64,000 bases of DNA from an uncultured Micavibrio sp. Lineage in GTDB: Bacteria; Pseudomonadota; Alphaproteobacteria; Micavibrionales; Micavibrionaceae. The position numbers were made by a program, and so were the translations under genes. This document shows positions 28,846-37,580 of this stretch, in pieces; position 1 is the first letter of the stretch; each line of letters begins with the position of its first letter. The notes beneath the pieces were generated by a model. The model did not search any database. It saw only the letters and a program-made list of their open reading frames with translations, and was not told where the DNA came from. The stretch covers positions 37,134 to 101,133 of the forward strand of contig CAYUKA010000004.1 of assembly GCA_964445195.1 (NCBI GenBank), in the 5' to 3' direction.

Positions 28846-29136
28846 TTACTTCGCTGCAGCCTGTGCCTTTTCGATCTGTTTGCGGACCGGGCGCATGGCC
28901 GGGTCGAGCTTGGTCGGCGCTGTTCCCAGCAACCAGGCGTCAAGGCCGCCCTTGTGTTCAATCGTGCGCAAACCGGCGGCAGAAGCGCGGATTTTCACAT
29001 TACGCTTCAGCGTTTCGCTGTAAACGCTGGTGTCCTGAATGTTCGGCAGGAACTGGCGCCGCGTCTTGTTTTGCGCGTGCGATACATTGTTCCCGGTCAT
29101 CATGGCTTTACCTGTTACCATACAACGGCGGCTCAT
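28846..29136 (-). CDS. rpmB: 50S ribosomal protein L28
   Basis: MSRRCMVTGKAMMTGNNVSHAQNKTRRQFLPN is the canonical L28 N-terminus. Confidence 0.95.
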   Translation of the reverse strand: MSRRCMVTGKAMMTGNNVSHAQNKTRRQFLPNIQDTSVYSETLKRNVKIRASAAGLRTIEHKGGLDAWLLGTAPTKLDPAMRPVRKQIEKAQAAAK

Positions 29137-29217
29137 GGTCTTTATCCTTGTTGTCTATCGTTTCTCAGAAACAGATGCGGAAAATAAGCGATGAAGGCCC
29201 TGTAAGTCAAGCTTTAT

Positions 29218-30246
29218 TCAAAAGAGCCACCCTGCCCACAGCAGGCTGCCCATCAGCGAGGCCATAAACAGCAGATGCGCCATCAGGCTGATATAAATGG
29301 CCCGGCGCAAGTGGCTTTGTTCCAGCCGGGCCGTCGCGCCGTCCGGACCGGTCCAGCCGCGCCTGATCGCACTCCCGTCCAGATCAGTCGATGGGCCGCC
29401 CAGACTGACATCCAGCGAATAAGCCATCGCCGTCAGCGGCAGACCGCCCTCATCATACGCGGCTTTGTTCCTGCCGAACAACTGCCCGGTAAAGGCACGG
29501 GTCATGCCCCCGGTCGGCGTGAACAGCCCTGCCAGCGCCATGATAAAGCCGGCCAGCATGTGCGGCACAATCCCCATAAGCTTCTCCAGCGCCAGCGCCG
29601 TACGGCCAAAGCCCTTGGTAAAGCCGTCCCGCCCGAAACGCCAGGCGCAGAAAGACAGTCCGGCATAAAGATAAGCCCCCGGCAAACCAAACAGTAAGTA
29701 CCACAGCAGCGGCGCCACCAGCCCTTTGTCGAAGCTGCGCGCCGCCAGCGCCATACCGGTGCGGGTCATGGCGTAGTCGTCAGTGCCGGAAAAATCAGTG
29801 CGCGTGGAGCGCGCAATTGTGAGGTATGCGCCCTTGCTGACCTTTTTATCGCGCATCGCGAAATAAAGCTGTAACAGCGCAAACCAGACTGTACCGCCGG
29901 TTACAACCAGCGCAAGCAGCAGGATTTCGGTTAGATCGTAATACGCAGCACGTACAGCCGCATCTTCGGCAAACAGCCCAATTCCGAATGACGCGACAAC
30001 CATCATCATTGTAAAAACAAAGCCCCGGAAAAACAGGTCGGCCGCCGCACGGTCCCGGTTATCGAGCCGCCCGCCAATCCGGCCGAATGTCTTGTCGAAT
30101 ACCAGCCAGACAAAAGAATAGGCATGACCGTGCATCGGCCCGGTAATCATACCGACAATCCCGGCGAGCAACCACGCCGCCATCGCCACCGGAATCCGGT
30201 CCGGATCAAGCAACTGGCTATGAATTTCTATAAAAACATGTTCCAT
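29218..30246 (-). CDS. CobD/CbiB-family membrane protein (divergent)
   Basis: Polytopic membrane protein whose C-terminal block LTAMAYSLDVSLGGP resembles the CbiB AMAGALGVRLGGP. No other cob genes are nearby. Confidence 0.55.
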   Translation of the reverse strand: MEHVFIEIHSQLLDPDRIPVAMAAWLLAGIVGMITGPMHGHAYSFVWLVFDKTFGRIGGRLDNRDRAAADLFFRGFVFTMMMVVASFGIGLFAEDAAVRAAYYDLTEILLLALVVTGGTVWFALLQLYFAMRDKKVSKGAYLTIARSTRTDFSGTDDYAMTRTGMALAARSFDKGLVAPLLWYLLFGLPGAYLYAGLSFCAWRFGRDGFTKGFGRTALALEKLMGIVPHMLAGFIMALAGLFTPTGGMTRAFTGQLFGRNKAAYDEGGLPLTAMAYSLDVSLGGPSTDLDGSAIRRGWTGPDGATARLEQSHLRRAIYISLMAHLLFMASLMGSLLWAGWLF

Positions 30247-30399
30247 TACAGATGGTTACCACCGTATCGTTATCACAGGCAGGATATAGCAATACGGCCT
30301 TTATGCACAGGAGGTCACCGGAAAAAAGATTGCTGCGCTGCCAAAGGCCGTTTATTTAGGATATAATATTAGATAATAACAATAAATGGATAACGGATT

Positions 30400-31761
30400 G
30401 TGATTTATCATTTATATGAAATGCAACACGCGGCCCTGACCCCTGCCCGCCTTGCGGCCGAGTTGACACGTACAGTCTACAGCCATCCGTATAACCCGCT
30501 GTCCTACACGCAGGTTGGCAGGACAATGGCCGCCAATGCTGAGTTGTTCGAGCGCATAACCAAGCGATTCGGTAAACCTGAGTTCGGCCTGATCGACACA
30601 ACAATCGACGGCAAGGCTGTGCCGGTCATCGAAGACATCATAGTGGAAAAGCCGTTCTGTCACTTGCTGCGTTTCAGGCGCGAAACGCGGCGCAAAGATC
30701 CAAAAGTCCTGGTCGTCGCCCCGCTGTCCGGGCACTTCTCCACATTGCTGCGCGGAACGGTCAAAGCCCTGCTGCCACATCATGACGTTTACATCACCGA
30801 CTGGATCGACGCGCGCCTGGTGCCGCAGAATGAAGGCCGATTCAATCTCGACGACTATATCGCCTATATTATCGATTTCCTGCATGAGCTCGGCCCCGAC
30901 ACGCATGTGATCGGCGTCTGCCAGCCAGCCGTACCGGTCTTTGCCGCCGTGGCGGTGATGGAGTCGCAGAACGACCCGTACTGCCCGCGCAGCATGACCC
31001 TGATGGGCGGGCCGATCGACCCGCGCGTCTCGAAAACCCAGGTGACGGAACTGGCAGAAACAAGGCCGCTGGAGTGGTTCGAGAATAATGTCATTTCCAC
31101 CGTACCGATGTATTACCCCGGCGCAAGCCGTAAGGTTTATCCCGGCTTCATCCAGCTGGGCGGCTTTATGTCAATGAATCTGGATCGTCATGTCGGCTCT
31201 CACATGCAGTTCTATCACCACCTTGTCATCGGCGATGGCGACTCCGCCGCCGCGCACCGCAGATTCTACGACGAATATCTGTCTGTCATGGATATCGCGG
31301 CGGAGTTTTACCTGCAAACCGTGGAAACCGTTTTCCAGAAGCATTCCCTGCCGCTTGGTAAAATGGTCTGGACCGATCCGGAAACGGGGAAAAAGGTTCC
31401 CGTCGACCCGAAGCGGATAAAGAAGACCGCCTTGTTAACTGTCGAGGGCGAGCGCGATGATATCTCCGCCCACGGCCAGACTGCCGCCGCGCATGGCCTT
31501 TGTACAAACCTGCCGGCCAGCCGCCAGTATCACCATTTCCAGATGAGCGTCGGCCATTACGGTATCTTTAACGGGCGGCGCTGGCGTGGCGAAATCATGC
31601 CGCGTATCCGCCATTTCATTCGCAAGTTCGATAGTAAAGCCTCTGCTATATCTTCAAAGGACCTTGATAAGGTACCGGACATTGCACCCGAGAAATGGGA
31701 TGAATCCAAGCACGGCATCAAAGCGTTGCGTAAACGCCTGAACATCAAGACCAAATCTTAG
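30400..31761 (+). CDS. phaZ: intracellular polyhydroxyalkanoate depolymerase (PhaZ, GTG start)
   Basis: The N-terminus MIYHLYEMQHAALTPAR is typical of intracellular PHB depolymerases. VLVVAPLSGHFSTLLR, GVCQP and LTVEGERDDIS blocks are present. Confidence 0.85.
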   Translation: MIYHLYEMQHAALTPARLAAELTRTVYSHPYNPLSYTQVGRTMAANAELFERITKRFGKPEFGLIDTTIDGKAVPVIEDIIVEKPFCHLLRFRRETRRKDPKVLVVAPLSGHFSTLLRGTVKALLPHHDVYITDWIDARLVPQNEGRFNLDDYIAYIIDFLHELGPDTHVIGVCQPAVPVFAAVAVMESQNDPYCPRSMTLMGGPIDPRVSKTQVTELAETRPLEWFENNVISTVPMYYPGASRKVYPGFIQLGGFMSMNLDRHVGSHMQFYHHLVIGDGDSAAAHRRFYDEYLSVMDIAAEFYLQTVETVFQKHSLPLGKMVWTDPETGKKVPVDPKRIKKTALLTVEGERDDISAHGQTAAAHGLCTNLPASRQYHHFQMSVGHYGIFNGRRWRGEIMPRIRHFIRKFDSKASAISSKDLDKVPDIAPEKWDESKHGIKALRKRLNIKTKS

Positions 31762-31890
31762 AGTCTGTTTCAAAACTCTCTCTCATTGCTTTTCCCGCGT
31801 AAGCGGGAATCTTTTAAAATCAACTCTAAAAGATCCCCGCTTACGCGGGGAAAGCAGTTTTGGTTATTTTCAGAGTTTTGAAACGGACTC
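31761..31890. repeat. 130-bp nested palindromic element (MITE/REP-like) between the two phaZ-like genes
   Basis: Outer arms gagtctgtttcaaaactct / agagttttgaaacggactc match 18/19. Inner arms at 31791..31816 / 31827..31853 each contain their own hairpin (cccgcgtaagcggg). Confidence 0.8.
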
Positions 31891-31991
31891 TTAACTTTAT
31901 CCAGGCCCCGGAGGCCCTGCCTTGCAATTCCGTAAATGGATTTGTAAGATGCCCCTAATTACAAAAAATAAAAAAACAGGGAGTTTAGCCA

Positions 31992-33911
31992 GTGCCCATC
32001 TTTGACGCCTTCATGCGCGACCCGGCCAGCCTTGCCGCCAACCTTATGGCTTCGACCGCTTATCTTTATGCCAGAGGCGTAGAAAGCGCATGGCGCGTAG
32101 CTGCCGCCACAAACCCTATCGCCGCTGCGCTTCTGGAACATTACGAACAAAATCCGAATGGCTGGCGGATTAACGGCATCCGCAAAGAGACTGCCAAAGG
32201 CCCGTTCGCGAAACTTGCCGGCAGAATGCCGGATTCGATCGGCTTCCAATTTGGTCATGGGACGCCGGAAGAGGACCCAGAGAAATCACAGCGCCCCCGC
32301 CCGACAACCGCAGAACTGACGGCAAAGCGTCATAAGGCGATAGACTCCGAAGCCGTCATGCGAAACGTTCTTGAGCGGAACTACAGTGACGACAGGCTGC
32401 CGCGCGATTTCCGCAGCGCCGTGTTTAAGGCCAGCGTCACCGCGCCATGGCGCAATATCGAAGGCGCGGCGTTCCTGACCGAACTGACAGCGCGCGACCA
32501 CGCCAAAGCCGAGTTCACTGACCTGATGGAGAGCCACAGCACGATATTGGGCGAGCGGTACGATCTGCGCATGGAAACAGTTGAAACACTGGCCCGACCA
32601 CATGCCGGCATGCTGCGTTTTTCAACAGCCTATTCGGATGCACAGCCTACTGACAGCAATAACGTTATATACCTGAAAGCGCCAATGTCCGGGCATTACG
32701 CGACACTTATTTATAATGCGATCCAGAATTATATCGACGCCGGCTTTACGGTTTATGTCGAGGATAAGACCGATGCCGCCGACGTGCCGTGGCACGAAGA
32801 AGATCACGGTATTGAAGCACAGGCCGATTATGATTGCGAAACCCTTGCCTATATTCACAAGCGCGAAGGCACGCGCGCGCAGCTCACGGCGATCTGCCAG
32901 GCCGCCATCCCGGCCGTGATTGCCAGCGCCGCCCTGGCGCAGCAGCAGGCAGAGCATCGCCCCGGTAAGCTCTGCATCATGTCTGCGCCTATTGATGTAT
33001 CGATCAACCCGTCACTGGTCAATCAGTATGCCGAGATCATGCCGGACTTCCTGATAAAATTCCGCGAGCTGGAGATTGTACCGCCATGGCGGCCGGGCTT
33101 CCTGCGCACAGTGCGGTCCGGCAGTACACAGGTAAGCGGCTTTGAATCCGGGAATATGGGCCGCTTCATGCAGTATTATGCTTCGATCTTCAACTACATC
33201 ACTACCGGTGGTAACGAATGGGACAAGCATAAGCCGTTGCTGCAGGCCGAGATTATGGACGCGTTGCAAAACCCCGACCTGTCGGACAAGGAGCGTGATT
33301 TCCTTGAACTCATGACCTTTATTGTCGAATATAAAACCCATATGGATATGGATGGCCGGGCCTATATCGACGCGTGGTTCAAGAATTTCGGCGCAAACTA
33401 CATCGCCAACGATGACGTGACCTATCACCGCCAGAAACTTGATTTCAGCGCCATCGATTTCCCGGTCCTGACAGTAGACGCCACTGACGACGATATCTCT
33501 TCAATAGGACAGACAGTCTCTTTCCTGCGCAAAGAGTTCGGCGCCGACAAGCGTGCACTGATCGTCCCCGGCAAAGGCCATTTCTGGTGGTCGGGCCAAA
33601 CGGCAAAAGACGTACAATGGCCTGCCATCTTTGCCTGGCATAAGGCGGGAATCGAGGACGGCGCCGTACAGGAATTCAGGGGCGCCGTACTGGACGCGGA
33701 AGGGAACGAACAAACTGACCCGGCCGTGCCGCAGCCCTGTACAAACCCGGAACCGCTGATTACATTAGCGGGCGACGTTCACGAAAAGAACCTGGAACTG
33801 GAACGGCGTAAAGTCGAAACCGGCCAGGATCTAAGCCTAACCCTGATGATTAATGGCACCGCGCACAATATTCCCCTTATCTCTCTCTCGCCCCAGGTCG
33901 GCCACGCCTGA
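31992..33911 (+). CDS. divergent PhaZ-like alpha/beta-fold protein with N- and C-terminal extensions (GTG start, GGGAG SD)
   Basis: It aligns with the upstream PhaZ by eye: VIYLKAPMSGHYATLI / VLVVAPLSGHFSTLL, AICQAAIPA / GVCQPAVPV, MSAPIDVS / MGGPIDPR, LTVDATDDDIS / LTVEGERDDIS. Confidence 0.65.
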   Translation: MPIFDAFMRDPASLAANLMASTAYLYARGVESAWRVAAATNPIAAALLEHYEQNPNGWRINGIRKETAKGPFAKLAGRMPDSIGFQFGHGTPEEDPEKSQRPRPTTAELTAKRHKAIDSEAVMRNVLERNYSDDRLPRDFRSAVFKASVTAPWRNIEGAAFLTELTARDHAKAEFTDLMESHSTILGERYDLRMETVETLARPHAGMLRFSTAYSDAQPTDSNNVIYLKAPMSGHYATLIYNAIQNYIDAGFTVYVEDKTDAADVPWHEEDHGIEAQADYDCETLAYIHKREGTRAQLTAICQAAIPAVIASAALAQQQAEHRPGKLCIMSAPIDVSINPSLVNQYAEIMPDFLIKFRELEIVPPWRPGFLRTVRSGSTQVSGFESGNMGRFMQYYASIFNYITTGGNEWDKHKPLLQAEIMDALQNPDLSDKERDFLELMTFIVEYKTHMDMDGRAYIDAWFKNFGANYIANDDVTYHRQKLDFSAIDFPVLTVDATDDDISSIGQTVSFLRKEFGADKRALIVPGKGHFWWSGQTAKDVQWPAIFAWHKAGIEDGAVQEFRGAVLDAEGNEQTDPAVPQPCTNPEPLITLAGDVHEKNLELERRKVETGQDLSLTLMINGTAHNIPLISLSPQVGHA

Positions 33912-34620
33912 TCGCCGGCAGGAAGAGCTACAGGACCGCATCAACCGGCTTGGCCTGCCGGTACGTGTGCGCGTCAGCCCGCGTGCGAAGCGCATTGCCC
34001 TCAGGCTCGATAATGCGCACCATGTTATGCATTTGGTCGTACCGCCGCGATTCACCCCCGGCAAAGCCGAACAGTTTGTAGAGGAGCACCGCCACTGGAT
34101 CAGGCAGAAGCTTGCCGAATTGCCAGAGCCAATTGCCTTCGTTGACGGTGCCGTTATCCCCGTATTGGGGCGACAGCGTACTCTTGCCATTTTCTATGAC
34201 AAAACTTTAAAGACAACCTCTATAGATATGAAAGATAATGAAATACTTATCTCGACTAACAAGACCGACCCAGCGGCGCGGCTCACCCGGTTCCTGAAAA
34301 ACGAGGCCCGCGCCACACTGGACAACCTGACCCGGGAGAAAGCGGCGCTTATCGACAAACCGGTGAAAGCGGTCCAGATTCGCGATACAAAAAGCCGCTG
34401 GGGCAGCTGCGGGCCGGACGGGCGTATCTCACTGTCCTGGCGGCTGATCTTCGCACCGTGGGAGGCCATGGATTACGTCGTGGCCCACGAAGTCGCTCAT
34501 CTTGTGCACATGGATCATAGCCAACGCTTCTGGGCACTTTGCACAGAACTATCCACAGACTTTGCCACGGGTAAAGGGTGGATGCGGCGCCACGGTCACG
34601 AACTTATGCGTTATGGATAA
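33853..34620 (+). CDS. YgjP-like (DUF45/M48-related) metal-dependent hydrolase
   Basis: HEVAHLVHMDHSQRFW zinc motif and SRWGSC block. The only ATG start overlaps the upstream gene by 59 nt, so the start is uncertain. Confidence 0.8.
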   Translation: MAPRTIFPLSLSRPRSATPDRRQEELQDRINRLGLPVRVRVSPRAKRIALRLDNAHHVMHLVVPPRFTPGKAEQFVEEHRHWIRQKLAELPEPIAFVDGAVIPVLGRQRTLAIFYDKTLKTTSIDMKDNEILISTNKTDPAARLTRFLKNEARATLDNLTREKAALIDKPVKAVQIRDTKSRWGSCGPDGRISLSWRLIFAPWEAMDYVVAHEVAHLVHMDHSQRFWALCTELSTDFATGKGWMRRHGHELMRYG

Positions 34621-34658
34621 TTATTGCATCCCTGTACTTTTTCCTATAAAACTCCGTC

Positions 34659-35534
34659 ATGCCCGCAACCGACAAACAAGCCATTTTGTATCCAGCCCCC
34701 TTCCGGGATTATTTCCGGGAGAAAATCGCGCAATTTATCGAACATCGTGATCTGCTGCAGGAACAGGCCGGGAATGTGGAACAGTTTCTGGCAGATCATA
34801 ATAATGATGCCATCGTGACAGTGCCTGAACTACAGGATCAATTGCTCGATATCCACGCGGCTTTGGTCCAATACATGGACGACACGCTGGATGCGCTTAA
34901 TTACTTCCTGACAATGGAAGATCACCTGCCTGCAATTCTGGACACATTGCGCGGCCAGCTTGGCGTATTCAGCAGCGAAATCGCCATGCTCTATGATCCC
35001 GATGCGCTGCGGCAGGACGTTGAAGACACGATTGATACGGCATTCAATAATCTTGGTATTGTGCGTAATTTCTTCAATGCGCAAACAAAGCAGGATCGCC
35101 GGAAACTGGCCATGGCCGACCCTTATGCCGAAGAAATTCTGGGCGAACCCCGGGAAATGGAGCGTGAAGACGTTTACGGACGCATGGAATATACGTTCTG
35201 GTTCAACTATGGTCGCCGTCTTTACCTGTATGATATCGACGACGATCTCGCAGAGTGGCTTGACCGCGAAGAAAACGACCCGGAAAGCCGCCATGAGCGC
35301 ATTGCTGCCATCTTGTCCGGCGAGACAGCGACCAGATTTCCGCCCCCTTTCGTGACACTTGCCGGGTTCTCTGATGAAGAAATTGAAATGTCCCGCCATA
35401 TCATGGCGCGCGAAGTAGAAGAACTGGCGGAAGATGCACAGGTAGAACCGCCGGGCGGGATCGAAGATCCGGAAGACGATCAAATCCCGGAAGGGGGCGC
35501 TATAATCCTGCCATTTCCCAAACTCCGCCGGTAA
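34659..35534 (+). CDS. hypothetical acidic protein (291 aa)
   Basis: Long ORF on the sense strand. The antisense 253-aa ORF looks like a shadow. No motif recognised. Confidence 0.5.
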   Translation: MPATDKQAILYPAPFRDYFREKIAQFIEHRDLLQEQAGNVEQFLADHNNDAIVTVPELQDQLLDIHAALVQYMDDTLDALNYFLTMEDHLPAILDTLRGQLGVFSSEIAMLYDPDALRQDVEDTIDTAFNNLGIVRNFFNAQTKQDRRKLAMADPYAEEILGEPREMEREDVYGRMEYTFWFNYGRRLYLYDIDDDLAEWLDREENDPESRHERIAAILSGETATRFPPPFVTLAGFSDEEIEMSRHIMAREVEELAEDAQVEPPGGIEDPEDDQIPEGGAIILPFPKLRR

Positions 35535-35583
35535 CCACGCCAGACCCTCTTGACGCCGCCCTGTACGCCGCGTAAGAGACATT

Positions 35584-36228
35584 ATGGCCAAAACATATGA
35601 CAGTGGCGCCCTGCCCCGCGCTATCCACGCGCGCGCAAAATTTGATGATATTTATGCGCCTGATATACAGGCCATGATCCCCAAACAGGGCGTCGTGATG
35701 GATATCGGTACCGGTGTCGGCCGTGACGCCGTTGCGATTCACAACCGCGGCGGCGGCCGTCTGCTGGTGATCGGTATCGATCCCGACGAAGCAAATTACC
35801 ATGAAGCTGTCGCTACCTATCCGGATAATGAATTCGTATTGTGCCGTACCTGGGACGATGTGGCAAAGGTACAACCCGGCCGCCAGATCGCCTATCTGGT
35901 CAGGGAAGTGCAGGATCTCGAAGAGCCGCCTTCAAAACTGAAAGCCGACTTCATAAACTGTTTTGCCGTGCTGATGTTCATTCCCGCTGAAGAACAAGAG
36001 ATATTCTTACGCAAACTGCACACCTTATCACAGCCGGCCCGTGACACGCTGATGCGCTACCGCACGGTCAAGCTCAAAGAGGGCATGGTTAAAATTGACG
36101 AGACAGGGTTCCGTCAGCAGGCACAAGCCGCCGACTTTGTTCTCGAAGACCTGCCGGATGTTCCCGATCCGCCTCCCTTCAACCGGGGCTTTCAATGGAA
36201 GCAATACAGGCTTACCGCGTCTGCCTGA
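35584..36228 (+). CDS. putative class I SAM-dependent methyltransferase
   Basis: Motif I-like VVMDIGTGVGRDAV, followed by an acidic loop (IGIDPDE). Confidence 0.5.
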   Translation: MAKTYDSGALPRAIHARAKFDDIYAPDIQAMIPKQGVVMDIGTGVGRDAVAIHNRGGGRLLVIGIDPDEANYHEAVATYPDNEFVLCRTWDDVAKVQPGRQIAYLVREVQDLEEPPSKLKADFINCFAVLMFIPAEEQEIFLRKLHTLSQPARDTLMRYRTVKLKEGMVKIDETGFRQQAQAADFVLEDLPDVPDPPPFNRGFQWKQYRLTASA

Positions 36229-36237
36229 CTGATAATG

Positions 36238-36600
36238 TTACCGCCGGTTATTATAAGCCGTTGTCGTCAGGTAGGCTGAAACAATCATGCCGATAAAGGC
36301 GCTTAAACTGCCAAGTAGCGCGGCCAGCAAAACAGCCATAACGCCCGCGGTACGGGTTGCCCCTTTATGCCACACAATGACGTAGGCCATGACGGCACAA
36401 TAGAGCGGCCCCAGCACCCATCCCACAACCTTGCCGTTCTGGTAAGCCTCCTCGGCCGTTTCCCCCAGCAGCCCGGTAGCGCCCAGTATGCCGCCGGTAA
36501 CGGCAATAATCAAAAATCCCAGCGCCGCATAGGCGAGATAAAAGCCAAATGCCTCGGTCCGGCTGCGAATATATCTGAAATCGGAAAGATTTTTAAACAC
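36238..36600 (-). CDS. small integral membrane protein (3-4 TM, GTG start)
   Basis: The hydrophobic helices span most of the 120 aa. Confidence 0.5.
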   Translation of the reverse strand: MFKNLSDFRYIRSRTEAFGFYLAYAALGFLIIAVTGGILGATGLLGETAEEAYQNGKVVGWVLGPLYCAVMAYVIVWHKGATRTAGVMAVLLAALLGSLSAFIGMIVSAYLTTTAYNNRR

Positions 36601-36633
36601 GGTTACGTTCCACTGTTACATGACAGATCATAA

Positions 36634-37119
36634 TTACGTTGCGGCCTGTATAAAATCCAGCGCGCCTTGCAAAATATGCTGCGCGGCCAGCTTATCCACC
36701 ACCTGTTTTCTTTTTGTTCTTGACATATCCACAGATTCAATCAGAAAGTCTTCCACCGAAACGGTGGATAACCTCTCATCCCACAAAGCTATCCACGGAT
36801 CTGTCCCCACGATCTGGGGATAGTTTTCCAGCTCGTCGGCAAAGGAACGCACCGCATCGCAGCGCGGCCCGGCGCTGCCATCCATGTTAAGCGGCAATCC
36901 CAGCACATAGCCGCCGATCTCATAATCCCTGATCACAGCAGCCAGATCCCCGATATCACGGGAAAACTTTGTCCTGTTGATTGTTTTCAGCGGCGTTGCA
37001 ATCGCCTGCGCCGCATCCGACACCGCCAGGCCGATTGTTTTCGCCCCCAGATCAAGGCCGAGCAGCCGCGTCTCCATCGGCCGCCGGTCAATGATATCTT
37101 TTAATAATCCTGTCGGCAT
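36634..37119 (-). CDS. ruvX: Holliday junction resolvase-like RNase RuvX (YqgF)
   Basis: LLGLDLGAKTIGLAVSD, GYVLGLPLNMDGS, and DERLST motifs. ATG 37119 is preferred. Confidence 0.85.
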   Translation of the reverse strand: MPTGLLKDIIDRRPMETRLLGLDLGAKTIGLAVSDAAQAIATPLKTINRTKFSRDIGDLAAVIRDYEIGGYVLGLPLNMDGSAGPRCDAVRSFADELENYPQIVGTDPWIALWDERLSTVSVEDFLIESVDMSRTKRKQVVDKLAAQHILQGALDFIQAAT

Positions 37120-37184
37120 CCCCACTTGCGCGCCTTTCACCGCGATGCTACAAAATCTAGGCATTTAAACGGGGGAATACAAGC

Positions 37185-37472
37185 ATGTCTCTTGACCGCG
37201 AAACTGTCCGCAAGGTCGCCGGCCTCGCCCGCATCCGCATGAGCGACGAGGAACTGGATAAATACGGGCCACAACTGAACAATATCATTGGCTGGGTCGA
37301 GCAACTCGGTGAAGTTGACACCGGCAATGTCGAACCACTGCCCAGCCCTGTGGATATCAAACTGCGCCTGCGTACCGATGAGGTTACAGATGGCGGCTAT
37401 GCCGCCGACGTTCTGGCCAACGCGCCGGAAGAACTCGAAGATTTTTACGTTGTCGCAAAGGTGGTCGAGTGA
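37185..37472 (+). CDS. gatC: Asp/Glu-tRNA amidotransferase subunit C
   Basis: VRKVAGLARIRMSDEELDKY..QLNNIIGWVEQL.EVDT..VEP. Confidence 0.95.
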   Translation: MSLDRETVRKVAGLARIRMSDEELDKYGPQLNNIIGWVEQLGEVDTGNVEPLPSPVDIKLRLRTDEVTDGGYAADVLANAPEELEDFYVVAKVVE

Positions 37473-37487
37473 ATGAGTTCCAAGATG

Positions 37488-37545
37488 CAAGTTACAGGTT
37501 GCAAGATAACCGCTGCGAAACCCTATGCTTGTAACTTGTAACTTG
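37488..37545 (+). repeat. 58-nt hairpin-forming palindromic element in the gatC-gatA spacer
   Basis: caagttacaggttgcaag (37488..37505) pairs with cttgtaacttgtaacttg (37528..37545). 16/18 positions are complementary, with a 22-nt loop. Confidence 0.65.
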
Positions 37546-37580
37546 AACCTCGTAACTCCCAGGTAAAACATGGAAACAAA

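Noticed and set aside
26551-29187. Other long antisense ORFs (26551..27384, 28465..29187, 51034..51861, 60640..61362, 15456..16037, 59934..60503)
   Set aside because: Each lies opposite a confidently identified gene (GGDEF protein, tgt/rpmB, the ClpB-like gene, the lipoprotein gene, sufC, the Mur ligase gene). Each has Arg/Leu/Gly-rich shadow composition.
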